Source: Spizellomyces punctatus DAOM BR117
Taxonomy: Eukaryota
DNA length: 39,180 nucleotides
Strand: one strand, 5' to 3'
Assembly (NCBI GenBank): GCA_000182565.2
Contig: KQ257474.1
A program made the position numbers and the translations under genes. Shown here one piece after another: positions 1-12,520 of the stretch. The notes beneath the pieces were generated by a model. That model saw nothing but the letters and a program-made list of their open reading frames with translations. It was not told where the DNA came from and did no database searches. How positions within the stretch are numbered: position 1 is the stretch's first letter; the number at the start of each line of letters is the position of its first letter.

Positions 1-255
1 CGGTCCTTCTGAAGATGCATTGATTTTGGCAAGAAACGTAAGTGCGGCGATTTTGAACCGTTTGTACGTCCTTGTCAATGATTTAATCGTGGCGTAGGCC
101 GGCTTCGACGTCTTCAATTGTTTAGATCTGATGCAAAACGGCAGTTTCCTCGAAGAACTCAAGTTTGGGCGGGGAGACGGTAACCTACATTACTATTTGT
201 ACAACTACCGGTGCCAGCCTTTGAAACCAGAGGAATGGGCTTGGTTCTGTTGTAA
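1..255 (+). CDS. NMT1: Glycylpeptide N-myristoyltransferase, 3' end (partial, spliced)
   Basis: DALILARN | GT-AG intron | [39 protein letters not shown] is the NMT signature. The canonical ending GLVLL* (238-255) lies one base out of frame after KPEE. Confidence 0.93.
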
Positions 256-440
256 TTTCCACCCTTGTACTAGAGGCCTGCCCAGATATAGGATTTGGAA
301 AATAGTGTATTTAGTGAACTAATGACTGAGCTGCCCTACCCAGCCAACATTTACGACGCCTTCCAATACATACTCCCGATTTAATTAGCTTTATTTGCAT
401 ACTATTTACAAAGTAGAAGGCTCTGAGCGCATTTTTTCCA

Positions 441-1393
441 TCATCGAGCTGATTGTATCTTCCGCACGCCACTCATGGTCACAATATCATTTATATTTGT
501 TTCGAGGACCTAACAACCGAAGCGGTAAGCGTTCTGAGGACGCAAGATACATATGCCGTGGGAATGAATTGCAATCCATACCATTCCTCCTGATATCACC
601 TCCGACAACAATTGTGATACCTGGGAAGATAAAGGTGAGTGAGGAGGTATTCTGGTCATGTATGAGTACGTACCTCATCCGGTCGGAAAATTAAATCTAG
701 CTCGCAAACGTTGGTGAATATCCTGTCTAACGCCTCCACGAAAACCTGAACAGAGGAGTCAGGACCATATTGCGAACCGAGAGAGGGAGTAACTGACCTG
801 TATCAGATCCAGGATCCCTATAAACGAACATACATACGGATTAGACACGAGTAGTCAGCATCCGAATCGCCAAGCCTATCTCACCCAATTCACTTTCTGA
901 GGAATCAACAACAAAAACAAAGTACAGTGCTATGCCCCATCACAATCATATCAGCAGCTTGAACGACAAAGCTTCTTTATGCCAAACTTACTTGCGTAAT
1001 GCTAGAAGATTCTCAGTAAGTTAAATCATCTACCATGTATCGAAAAGATGGGAGCATATGTACCCTATATATTATTTTGGTGTCCTGTCCGCCTAGTAAT
1101 GTACTCCCCTCCAGGAAGTTGCAAACGTGATCTGGCCTTGAGGGTGGCAACAGATGGAATACATGAGTATGACTATAGATTCATATACATAGACTTCCTT
1201 ATACCTTTTATGCACAAGTCGAAATATTTCCTTCAACATTTCCTGCTGTGTGCTTACGTCCTTTTGTATCAAAAGCAATCAGTTACGTGCCATTGGCGAT
1301 CCTGTCGAGTTTGTCAGGTCCCACCATTTGCTGATACCACTGCATGAGCCGTGGTTTTCCGTGGTTATTGAATATCATGACCGCCTTGAGCAT
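441..1393 (-). CDS. APS3: AP-3 adaptor complex sigma subunit (multi-exon)
   Basis: Spliced translation MLKAVMIFNNHGKPRLMQWYQQ...RPDHVCNFLEG...KIIYRHYATLYFVFVVDSSESELGILDLIQVFVEALDRIFTNVCELDLIF...GGMVLETNINDIV. ESELGILDLIQVFVE is typical of sigma-3. Includes 10-nt (992-1001) and ~20-nt exons. Confidence 0.9.
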
Positions 1394-2066
1394 CGTTACT
1401 GTCTTTTACTCGGCTACTTTGTACGAATGTGATGCGATGGATTCTCGGCGGTTGTTGACTATTGCAGGCGGGGATTGAAACTCGCTCGAATGAGTCATTG
1501 GCTCACTGACGTGATGGAGAGCTTTTACTGCAGATGGAGACTCGTTTATTGCAACGTTATATCGTAGATTTGTGTTTTTTTGAGCCTTTCATTGGCTTTT
1601 GTCAACCATCACAGTATGTAGTTATAAGCGACAGACGAATGATGTTTTGATTTGTGCTTTGTCCATCAATGCCAAGCACATCAACGGATGATCCAAAAGC
1701 ATCAGCGTCATTGGCGACTTGTCCGTCTTTCCTCCTCTTTCCTACTCTTGGGACCTGAATGTGTCCAGCGGACCCCGTGGTAATAAGACGCAGTCTTGTT
1801 CTTCAAAAGGGCGGATGCAATTCTCATAATGATGACCAAAAAGAAAAGAATAGATCCATGAACGTTTGGAGAATCACACCCTACTAATCGGCAGCTGGAT
1901 CTGCAAAACAACACCGTCTCCTAGACGTTGGGACAAGGCATTTCCCATATCGACAGCGATTCCGGGGAGGTGATGCGCAAATAGGATATACACATTGCAA
2001 ATGGAAACTATATACAGTGATCGATCTTTCGCAGGCAACCAGAGATTGCCTCCCAATTAGCCAGTC

Positions 2067-2598
2067 TCAGTCCGTTACAGGATGCCGAACCATGGTGCGG
2101 AGATCGTCCTTTCCTATGCTCTTCAACTCAAACCCCTTCGTTCTGTCTATTTTGCCCTTTTCCTTCAACTCTAGATCTCGAGTTCTTTCCTTGATACTGT
2201 CTCGCAATCGGCTTATCTCTGCATCTATGTTTTGTTGATCTTTCTCAAGATTCTCCTTCGCACTTTCTTTGGGAAGCTTCATGAACAGGCCGCCGGCAAA
2301 GAAATACACTCGTTTATCTGTCGCATATTCGCTGTTTGGCACCAAGTTTGCAAGTGAAATGACGCAGCTACATACCATCCTTCATCTTTCCCTGCCTGAA
2401 TGACGCCAAGGCCATCCTATTCTCGTTCCGTCTCCTGTCCAGATCTATGATGAGCTGCTTCTCTGTCAGAATTTCTTCGGCAATTCGCTCAAGTTCCGCC
2501 TGATCTGCTCCCAAAGTTGAAAAAGAGGAAATACTGTCAGTGATGCATCCACAGAGAGGCCTTATCTTTAAGCCTTACAGACTTTGCAAGTATTGCAT
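2067..2598 (-). CDS. PDRG1: PDRG1-like prefoldin-beta protein (spliced)
   Basis: AELERIAEEILTEKQLIIDLDRRRNENRMAL...VYFFAGGLFMKLPKESAKENLEKDQQNIDAEISRLRDSIK...KGFELKSI follows the PDRG1 pattern. First-exon junction uncertain. Confidence 0.8.
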
Positions 2599-2759
2599 GG
2601 TGTTGCAAGATTGAGACGCAAAACGGGTGGTTGGTGGTCAAGATCTCTACAGAATGGTGTTTGGACAAGGCGATCTCTTAGTAATTTATCGCGTCCCCAT
2701 TTACGACTGGCAGCAACTGACCATTCCTTCTTTACACTCAACAACAACAATTCGCCATA

Positions 2760-3101
2760 ATGCTGCGTTCTCCAAGGCCTCAACTAATAATACGGTCACT
2801 TCCTCGTCTAACCGTAATCCGATCATATGCCAGCCCACCACCATTCTCACAACCGGGACCAATCCCTCTCGGTGACAAGGAAGCGCAAAAGGAATTTGAA
2901 GAGCTCGTGAAAAAGGCAGAAGAGTTGGCAGCGAAAGAAGGACAAGAAGGTCTAAAGCACCCAGACGCTTTGGAAAAGTTGCAGGGGGAAGACTGGGAAG
3001 GGGAAAAGAACCCTGCCACCGGGGAGGTTGGTGGCCCAAAAGGAAAGGAGCCTACTCGGTATGGAGATTGGGAGAGGAAGGGAAGAGTGTACGACTTTTA
3101 G
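2760..3101 (+). CDS. SDHAF4: Succinate dehydrogenase assembly factor 4 (Sdh8, DUF1674)
   Basis: Arg-rich presequence-like N-terminus; C-terminal NPATGEVGGPKGKEPTRYGDWERKGRVYDF. Confidence 0.93.
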   Translation: MLRSPRPQLIIRSLPRLTVIRSYASPPPFSQPGPIPLGDKEAQKEFEELVKKAEELAAKEGQEGLKHPDALEKLQGEDWEGEKNPATGEVGGPKGKEPTRYGDWERKGRVYDF

Positions 3102-3261
3102 GAAGCAGTAGATATGTGCCTCCTCTAGAAATAGCACCTGTATCCATTATCTTTTTTTAATGTGCATAGTCAAGCATTCTGCGTGGCGTGGTCATAACCA
3201 ACTCATTCTCTCAGCACATTGAGAATCACACTTTGGTCGCGATCCTGAGATCAACAGAGAA

Positions 3262-4678
3262 ATGTCACTTGTACCGCTGGACTATGGTTCTTCCGATGAC
3301 GACGATGAGACAAGCCAAGGACAGGCGAAGGCAGCTTCACCTGTACCATCGCAGTCTGCCAAAAACCCTCACACTTCGTCGACCGGTCTAGCCGCCGTAC
3401 TCCCGTCACCCAAAAGCAATTCGACTTCCCGTTCCTCCCTTTTTGCATCACTCCCTCCCCCAACTCAGCAGTCGAATGCGACAAAGAATGTCGCATCCCA
3501 ACCTTCAGAACGGAAGAAGGTGAAAATATTTGTCGATCTCCCAATGGATGATGATGTCCTGGAGAATATTGGCGCAGAGACAGATCAGACAAAGCCAAAG
3601 AAAGGGTCAAGTCTGTTTGCAATGCTGCCAGCACCGAAGAAGACAGGAGACACCAAATCGGAGAGAGTTGCAGAGTCTAGTGGAGTAACCAAACCTTCGG
3701 TGCCCAGCAAGGCAGCGCCCGCCATGGTGCCCTATTCATTATCAAAGAAGAAGGTTCCAACGAAAGGAGCTTCAGCGATCACAAGCGAGTCCACAGCAGC
3801 AGATAATATCGCAAAACCGATCCCCAAAAAAGAGGAGGAACCCGAAGTGGGTCCAGACTCTTTCTTCACACTGCGTACGTTTGCGTTGGATATCTTGTGC
3901 AACTTGTCTGGTATTCACTTGTCCCAATTGACAGCCGAACCTTCATTGGACAACTACGAAACAAGCGATGACGGTCCAGTACTACAGCAATCGTCCTCGC
4001 AACCAACGATATCAGCCTCTGCACAATATGCATGCGTGTCAGCATCTTCTCAGTATGCATATCCATCCCATTCCTCGACGGATTACTACACATACGACTC
4101 TAATGCAATGTATGCTTATCCCGGTGGTTATGGAAATGAATCAATAACGCCATCATCGTCAACGGGCGCTATGGGAGGATTGTCAGAAGCCGATGTGCGT
4201 TGTCTGCTTTGTCATTTCGTTTAGTGTGCATGAACAAAGAGCATTTACTTTTACTATTCCAGTTGAGAGCATTTGGGACGCGCGACCGGAAACTTGAAGA
4301 AACCATTGAAATTAAAGAAATTTCGCAGTCGCAGCTGATGGGTGACGCTCGGCAGCTGGAAGCAACGAGAAGTGCCTCTATGACGGGAGGTAATCTAAAG
4401 GTTAGAACTACAAGCAAATGTTGCTTTTTGGCCATACTCTAATGGTCTAATGCTCTGCCTCAGGGTCTCGCACCATCAAGAGGACAGAAGCGGAAGCACA
4501 ACATCATGTCTCTTGCTTTTGAAGCGAAGCAGCGAGAGGAAGCATTGAAAGACATGGCGGCACATAGAATTGCAAGTAAACAGTCCACGAGAGCTAAATA
4601 TGGTAGGTGACAATCATCTGATTTGAGCTCGGGTGCTGCATGAAGGGACTCATGTTGATATTCGAAACAGGATTTTGA
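3262..4678 (+). CDS. PRCC: PRCC-family proline-rich protein (spliced)
   Basis: N-terminal MSLVPLDYGSSDDDDE, repeated LFAxLPxP motifs, and C-terminal QKRKHNIMSLAFEAKQREEALK...KQSTRAKYGF* across introns. Confidence 0.85.
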
Positions 4679-4947
4679 CATGGCATCTGTCACTCCAAAC
4701 CTCTGTATATACAAGTAACGATTCGAGATTTGCCCATGCTGCTGAGAGTAACATTTGTGGCTCACTCCCAGAAGCGACAACAGAACACCTCACTTGGGTC
4801 CCCTAAACATTGGCAATGATAGTGGAAGCCATGGAGGACTTGATCTGCACAAAAATGCGAATTTCCAATGTTGTCTAACTATTTACATTCCTACACCCTG
4901 GCTTATCCATGAGAATGAGATCACAACGAAGGCATTGTAGTTGCTTG

Positions 4948-6702
4948 TTATAAATAAATCCTTCGCAAATCTGCGGGTGCTGTGATCTTTTGGCATTGTG
5001 GACATAACCGCTTTGTCGCCAGAGTTTGGAGCCAACACCTGTATTTTCAAGAGATATGAGATACACAAGTCACGCGCAGATACACCATTTCATCCGAAAC
5101 TTACGTCTCACAATGTACATGCCAACAAATAACAGAAACCAGCGGAATCTTATATGCCTCAAGACATATAAGACATTTGTGAGAGGATTTCGTGGTTTGT
5201 GATTCCTGAGGTGCGTGGGCTTGTATCAGCTTAAGTTCTTATGACTTTGCGGACCACAAACGAGCGTACCAAATCCCGTACTCGTGCCTTTAATGACTCA
5301 ATAATCAGCTTGGTGTCTCCGGAAAGTGTGTGCAAACTGTCATCCGCTGGTTCATTGCATTAGTGCACACTCGACAGAATAACGGCAAGATGCGTCAATA
5401 CTCACATGTCTCTACCGCCCCATCGACATCCATATTATGTTCATTTGTATCCAATCTATTCCACATGTTGAATGTCAGTGGGCTCCATGCGCGTGTGACG
5501 CACAAAAGGACAAACTACGCACAAATTAAGTTCTTGCCCAATTCGAGTTCCTCCCCCGGTATCTCCATTTTCTCCGTCGCCATCGCCGCCTTCACGAAAC
5601 GCGCGAATATGCTGTTCTGAATATTGCGACTCGCCAAATTCGCCCGTACCGTCGTCATCAATGTCAATCTCTTCGTCTGTGTCTTCGTCTGTCTTTTTGT
5701 GTACTGAAAAGCCACTAGCTTATGCTGGCGTGAGCTGACAACGTAAATGGAATAAAGCCTATAAAAGCAGACTCACCTGCCAAGCCGCCTTCAAGCATCG
5801 CGGTGGCTCGTACACGTGTCTGACCAGCCCATTCGTACTCTTCCCACACTTGCCCCCCGTTTGTGTCGTCAGAAGTAGTCGCTGGTCCGGCCATTTGCGC
5901 GGCGAGACACTGATCAATATGGCGATTGACCATTTCAGAATCCGTGGGCAATACATCACCACACATGAAGCATGTGTTTCCATCGCCCTCTGCATCTATA
6001 AACAGGACGTTTAACACTGGCTAGCCGAGAGTTTTTACAACTGACAATGCTTACAAGGATCATTCCCGCCTCTTGGTCGCTTCCGCGATCCTGCTAACGG
6101 ACAGTTGAGTAAACCTGATACATGGAGACAACGAAGACGCTCGCGCCCGACCAGATCTTACGCACCTGCCTTGTTACTTTGAACTGTGCGTTTCAAGCGA
6201 CTCGCTCGAACCTGATACAGTAGCTAAAAAAGCTCCGTGTGAGAACCAAGCATGAGACAAGAGTCGCATTTGTCCTGATCAATACCAGTTCGTTTTCATC
6301 CAACTGGCCAGCACCGGCCGAAGCGCTCCCTTTTCCCTTATTTGTAGATGCTATCTGTTGCGCCGCTGCGACAGCCGCTCCTCTCCGCATTCTAGATCTG
6401 ATTTAAAAAACTATGAATTGACCTGCCGACTGCCATGCGTCAACAGACAAGCTAACCCACTTTGCAAAATCATCCACAGGCTCTGGTGACAGATTTCCTT
6501 TCAATCTCCCAAGCTCCCATTCATAATGCTGCTCAAAAGCAGCCTTCGTAATAGGTTGGGAGCATATTGGGCAACGTCTGGTAGAACCTGAAATGGCGTT
6601 GTTTAGGACTTGCCCATGGGACCTGCTAATTGTCTGGACCCCCACACTTCCATTGCTTTCCATGTGGCATCCTTCACTCTTCCATCTTCCATCTTCCATC
6701 AT
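4948..6702 (-). CDS. RNF220: RNF220-like RING E3 ubiquitin ligase (multi-exon; start approximate)
   Basis: CPICSQ...EQHYEWEL; CFMC...HIDQCL; WEEYEWAGQTRVRATAMLEGG; C-terminal RING KCLICLEAYKIPLVSVICWHVHCE|CWLQTLATKRLCPQCQKITAPADLRRIYL*. Confidence 0.88.
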
Positions 6703-7208
6703 ATCATACGAACCTTGGGTGTCGTTAAGCGGCCGACCTGCTCTTCCCGCACTTTTTCCCCGACTCCTGCAATATTCACAGATCAGTTCCACTGCTGCAA
6801 GCGTCACGGAAAACATCGCACGGATTTTCCTACTTTGAGCTCGCAGCATCAGTTGCTGAAGCAGTCTGTGGCATATCGGTTCATAAAGGGAACCTCGCTC
6901 GGGGAGAGCCCGGAAAATCTTGCAAATTGCGAACTAGTAGTTGGTCCGCCAGAGTCGTTTTGCTGACTTCAAAATATTCACGTGATTTCGAGTGTGATAA
7001 TCATCGGTTAGGGTTAGGGTTAACAAATCAGTAGGATGAATGTTGAAGGCGCTGGGGAGATATGCCAGACTGTGTTCTATACATGTATGCAATTGGAGGT
7101 TTGCGGTCCTGCACAAAACTCCAGATAAATGACGAATCTACATTTCTATCGGCTAGCTGTTCATGTTCTCTATCTTCATTATGAGGCTCTTTGGGAGGGC
7201 GCACTTTT

Positions 7209-8431
7209 TCACCCGGCAATGATGTTGTGCTTCACCAGACCCTTCTTCACCTGGTCTTTTATGATGCTGTGCGTCTTTGTGGTGGGATGAACATCAAACA
7301 TGATAAACTGACTCGGGTCTGCGCACATTATCCAAGTAGCCGGATTATTGAGATCGACTTGCTGCAAGCAAGGCTTGGTGATATCCGTCAAGGGCATATT
7401 ATACCCAAAAGATTTACGGTTCAACGCAATGTATCCGAACTCGATAGCCATGTCTGAGACATGCAAAGTGAGATAAAATCCAGGAAATCTTGCCCGCAAC
7501 GTTTGCACCCTTACCCATTGTAACAAGCTTGACACTCGGGTTTGCCACGCTGAATTTAAGGAGCTCAAGACCCAAGCGCAGGTTGTGCTCGAGGAATGGA
7601 ATCTTTTCCTGTCCTGGAGCCATGTTGAAGACAAGCAAATTCTTTGCGCCGGCAGCAACCCTGTTTGTTTTCCATCCAATACATGCGTCAATTGACACAT
7701 CCACATAAGGTACTGCCAGACAGAGTTACTTACAGAGTATTGATAGACTTCATTGTTGCGTCAACAACGGTAGCGGGACTTAGGGGGGTTTTGGCATTAA
7801 AATAGTCTGGACAATTATGAGCATGCCGATTAGATTTTGGCGACTTGGATCTTGCGAATAAAGTTACTTACCATTAGCACCGGACCAGACAGAAAACAAG
7901 GTTGTCGCAGGGTCAAATTGGGGTTTGGAATCTTTCCAAGTAGTCACTTGCTGAATAAGACCAGGCATTTCGGGTATTATAGTTCCAGTTGGAGCTTCTC
8001 CCTAATTGTGTCAAAGTGTGAATACCATACTAAAAAAATCTTGGAGCCATGCAATCGCATGGATATACCTTGACAGACATTGAATCAGTGCTAGATCCCC
8101 CAAACGCATGATTCTCCATTTCCGTTCCGAGCTCTTGCGAAAGGTATTCCACCCAAGTTGGTCCATTGCTGTACCGACCTTGAGAGTAAAAGCTAGGGTA
8201 CGGGTACGTGTTGTTCAAGATTCTAAAAGTGTTGCCGTTGTCTGACAGGGAATCACCGAAAGCTACAATCTTTTTGAGGCCAGCAGGCTTCGAGCCCGGG
8301 ATTTCCCAGGGCCAGAGTGGAAGCGAGAGTCGGCGGTCCAGGACTGCATGTATTTCATCTCGCCGTTCAACAGGGGCAGAGTATGCAGATGTAGCCGCAA
8401 GGGCCAAAAGAACTGGAGCAAAGGGACGCAT
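7209..8431 (-). CDS. Secreted SGNH/GDSL lipase-esterase (spliced)
   Basis: Signal-peptide-like start, block I IVAFGDSLSDNGN, GRYSNGPTWVEYL, block II NHAFGG, and block V CADPSQFIMFDVHPTTKTH. Confidence 0.88.
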
Positions 8432-9600
8432 AGATGGTGACGGACAGATGAGGTGATTGAATAGTTAATGGCAATCTACACGAGAGGCGAGTACATTCAC
8501 TTTCTGGGCACCTTTTTAACTAGGTCAACTTGGTCTTTTTGGCATATCTTTTTTTGACAGTCCTTCTTTTCTAAAACCGTTTTTTCCAACAAAGATCCTA
8601 AAAGAAAAAGGTGTATGCAAACAATTTCATATCCGCTCGTTGGCAATGGCCGCAATGCTTTATTTTTTGTCTTTACTGTGCAACGAAACCGTTTGCTTTT
8701 GAACAAAACAACTCGCCATGGCGGGGATCTACGACAGTTTTCTTCTTGTGTGTGTTGTGACGAGATGGAACTTCTAACCCATGGACGCAAATCAAAAAGC
8801 AAGACGCGGACAAGTGTCACTTGAGTTGCTCCAATCCCGTTGAGCGTATAAGTTTCATTGCCGTCTTCCTTTTGTTTAAAGCTGTTTTTATTCCTTTAAA
8901 TTGGGGGACTCTCCATCAACACACTCAACAAGAGGTTGTTTGGTACGTCTTTTGACTTCCGATGGCCGCCGCAAATCCACCCATGACCATCCAAAAGCAA
9001 CAAAATATGGCATGCCCGCGGTCTTTGCCAACAACTTTTATAAATGATGTTGATGCACTGCTTTTGTTAAATACCACCTAGTAGGAAAAGCCCCGTTTCT
9101 CTCTGCAGGTTCTACCTACGTCCATCCTAGTCTCTGATGCTTATTGTTGAATCTTGCCCAACCTCCAACTGATGGAAACCTTTACTGCTTTCATTAGGAA
9201 ATTGATTTAATTTTTAAAACAAAACAACCATCAACTGGTCCTTTTGCTTATGGGCTCGGATCGTCTCTCCAACCCCATGAATGGTTAAGCTGCAAAAGGC
9301 ACTTATAACACACGACCATCAAACAAACCATATATTCCTTTGCATTGTTTTAGTACGAATAGCGTAGGGATTTATTTCCAAGTCCCAAAACCTCTGCAAA
9401 GTGCCTGAAACGTGAGGCGTACGAGTTGCAAAAGGGCAACGAGAGCTGAAACGCGGTCAGTCTTTTGCTTCTTTAGAGCGGGAATCTTTCAAAATGTCAC
9501 ACTCCGAATCTCTCAACATTGCACTTCATCCTCCTACGCACTTTTTAAACAGTCTGCTCTCCCTCCAGTCTCGGGTCGGCATGCAGGACGGATCTGCATC

Positions 9601-11676
9601 ATGCTTCCCTTTGTGAAAAGTGCAAACGTTGAAATACATTTGGATAATGACCGCATAGAATTGGCAGACGGCTTGCCCAACGGTGCGCCCATTCCTGTCT
9701 TGTCTGGGAAAATTGTTTTGACATCTTCAAAGAATGTGGGATTGGTGGACTTGACGTTGAGCGTGCAAGGCGTTCTGGTAACGCGCATTTACCTTTTCCA
9801 TGTTTGTTTTACTCTGTTGTCTTGACAGTTTCTCACCTCCAGGACTGTGATGCAACTGTATTGAATCTGGTGAATGATGTGATTGGTACATCGCCGGTAC
9901 ATCCCGTAAGCCAGTCCATACTCTCATATGAAAAGACACTATGGCGAGCATCTCCCGGGAAGCCGGCTGTTGCTCCTACCGAAACAGTTTCTACGACCTC
10001 GTCGCCTGTCAAGTCTCGAGAGCTACCTGGGGGAGACACTGTACTTTTGGGTAGTCAGGCTCCCAACAAAGGGTCAAAGGCTTCAACATCCACCAATGGA
10101 GAACTCCCCGCCGGACGTCGCGAGTGGCCATTTTCTTTTAAATTACCTTCCACATTACTCCCCTCTGTTAACACTCGCTACGGACGGGTGTCGTATATTC
10201 TGAAAGCCAGACTAAAGCGAAAAGGCTTGGGACTGGATTTTAACGCCCGACGAACATTTACTGTCGTGCGCACAAGATCACGAGGTGCTGCATCTTTCGG
10301 TGACTTTCCCCTAGAGGACAAAACCGCCTTGTTCTCTGGCATGGTCACAATGCCAACGATAGCATTTTGCGATGATCCGACATTACGTGTCAAACTTAAC
10401 CTCAAAGTTTTGGAACCAAACAAGGTGCGGGATATTCGATCTGTAAAGTGCTATGTGAAAGAGGTTTCGGGCTTCTGGTGAGTTACCCTTAATCTGTTAA
10501 AGCCACATTTGGTCAGCCGTCTAAAGTATATCCGTCATTTTTTAGCCACGAGGGACAATTCTATGAGAATCAGACTCTTCTAGGCAGTCCATCAATATGG
10601 AAGCCTGCTGATGAACCACCGTCACCAGTAGATGATTCCGACGAGCATCCCTTTGCATTGGCGCGCACCATGGTGCAAGCAGGTCAGAAACAGAAACTAG
10701 TGGACACGTCTGCTGTCCCGTTCACCGTATCCACAGTGAGTATCAGGATGGGGTTCTCCCTAGTCGCCTTTTGTTTAATCTCGTTCGACTCTTGCAGGTG
10801 GGCGCGAATATGGATTTTGATACGCCTCATATGCGAATATACCATCTTCTGAAAGTAAAAGTGGATTACGAGCCTTGGGGAGCAGACCTTGGGAAATCCC
10901 CTCCCCTGTCACTGCCAGGCAATCCTCTATCAAGCTCCTCGTCGACCTCCCATCGTAAAGTAGAAACTTGTGTCATGCAAATACCACTCCCCATGTGGTG
11001 GGCCAGCTCTCGACGACCCCAGTCGTGGCTGGAGGGTCTGCCGACGCGGACTGCATCGGAAAAGCTTCTCGGCGTCTCAAAGTCACGTTTCCGTCTCCGC
11101 AATTCGTCAGAACCCGTCGAGCTCCTAACTCGTCGTGTGCATGAGCAATCGCCGAACCGTCCCATTTTTAGGAAGACGGCAGAATCATCACCAGCGCTAT
11201 ATAGCGGTAGGGAAAATACGTTGGAGCGATCAAACGCCGTCCGGGGCAAGAAAAATGACGTGAACAAGGCGTTACCATCTCGGCCAGATTCAATGTCCTC
11301 CGTCACTAGTGGGCAGTGGACATTGGATGAAACTGGTGTATATACTTTCAAGATGGAAGATGGTACTGCCACTTCTAGTGGCCTGGACACAGTTTTCGAA
11401 GAAGCAGACGATGAGAACGCGGACGAAAGGGAAAATAAACCCCCTCAAACTCAAGTCCCTGCTAGCGATAAGAAGCAAAGAAACCGGCAGTCGGCTGGAT
11501 TCTACACATCGATTTCCAGAGACGACGGAAACCCTGTATATAGTTATAATGAACTCGCTCTCAGCGAATCTGTGTTTACGTCTGGAAAGACTCTTACCGA
11601 CAGTCCCATCGCCGTATCTGTTCGCGAAAGTGGCAAATGGGAATTGGACGCGGAAGGTGTATATACATTTGTGTAA
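9601..11676 (+). CDS. Arrestin-domain (alpha-arrestin-like) protein with long disordered tail (spliced)
   Basis: VLSGKIVL...LPAGRREWPFSFKLPSTLLPSVNTRYGRVSYILKARL is the Arrestin_N pattern; the later RIYHLLKVKV is arrestin_C-like. GT-AG introns near 9790, 10465 and 10735. Confidence 0.75.
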
Positions 11677-11755
11677 ATTGTAAATATAGTGTAGCGAGCA
11701 GGCTCCTTCTGAATTCTACCCTGACCTGATGGAATTTTTGACTGCTACCACAGGT

Positions 11756-12520
11756 TCATTCCCCCTTTGCTAATGATGGCGATATTCGGGTCCAAAGCTG
11801 AAATTCATAAGTAAATCCTTTTTCACTTTGCGTCCCACTGGGACATTTGCTCCCCGCTATCCTTCTCAGCTCTCCGGGACTGGCAATTTGAAATTTATCT
11901 TTTGGGATGGATGGAAAAAAGGCGTCACATTCAATCGCAGTTGGTGATTGGACAGATGTCAGAAAGATCCGTTGACAGAGCGGATGAGACAAGGCCGTAG
12001 CGTATAGCTGAGCACCGCCAATGATAAAGATGTTGGTATGTGCGATCGTTCCCACATTGGATAAAGCAGCATCAAGAGCGGAAAATGCATAGGTAGGCGC
12101 CTCCGGGGTACTTTGGCTGAGGAGGTCCAGACATCAAAATGAGCTTTTGAACCTAGACTACTCCAAATCCGGTCTTGCATAACCGAACCTATACCTGATC
12201 ACGTCTTTTCGCACGTCCTCTCTACTTGACAATACAATGTTGATCCGTCCCTTCAAGGGCCGGAATTTCGGTGGTATGGACTCCCACGTTTTGCGACCCA
12301 TTATTGTAACATTCATCGGTCTGTAGTTTTTATCTGATTCATCGTGCAATGGCTCGTCGTCGTCAGGAAAAGCCGAGTCCGGTCTGCGTCCTAAGAAGGT
12401 TGTCACCTGCTGGAAGAAGCGCATGTCGCCAGGCAAGCGCCAGGGCAAGCTACCGTTGACGCCAATCCCTCCATTTGCCAGCGCAGCAACGATGAGTGTT
12501 AGTGATGGTTTGCTCGCCAT
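11756..12520 (-). CDS. DFR1: Dihydrofolate reductase, monofunctional (2 exons)
   Basis: [74 protein letters not shown]. Confidence 0.96.

Noticed and set aside
1400-2060. Possible small gene between AP-3 sigma and PDRG1 (ORFs 1708-1914, 1874-2056); TGAGTCA at ~1491
   Set aside because: I could not build a consistent spliced ORF or recognise a motif. Unresolved without RNA-seq.
2490-2598. Possible extra frameshift at the PDRG1 first intron
   Set aside because: An alternative donor (GTCTGT) with the GCAG acceptor restores the frame without invoking an indel.
8450-9600. 1.1-kb AT-rich spacer with short ORFs as an ncRNA or mobile element
   Set aside because: No terminal repeats, tRNA fold or recognisable protein seen; consistent with divergent promoters and UTRs.
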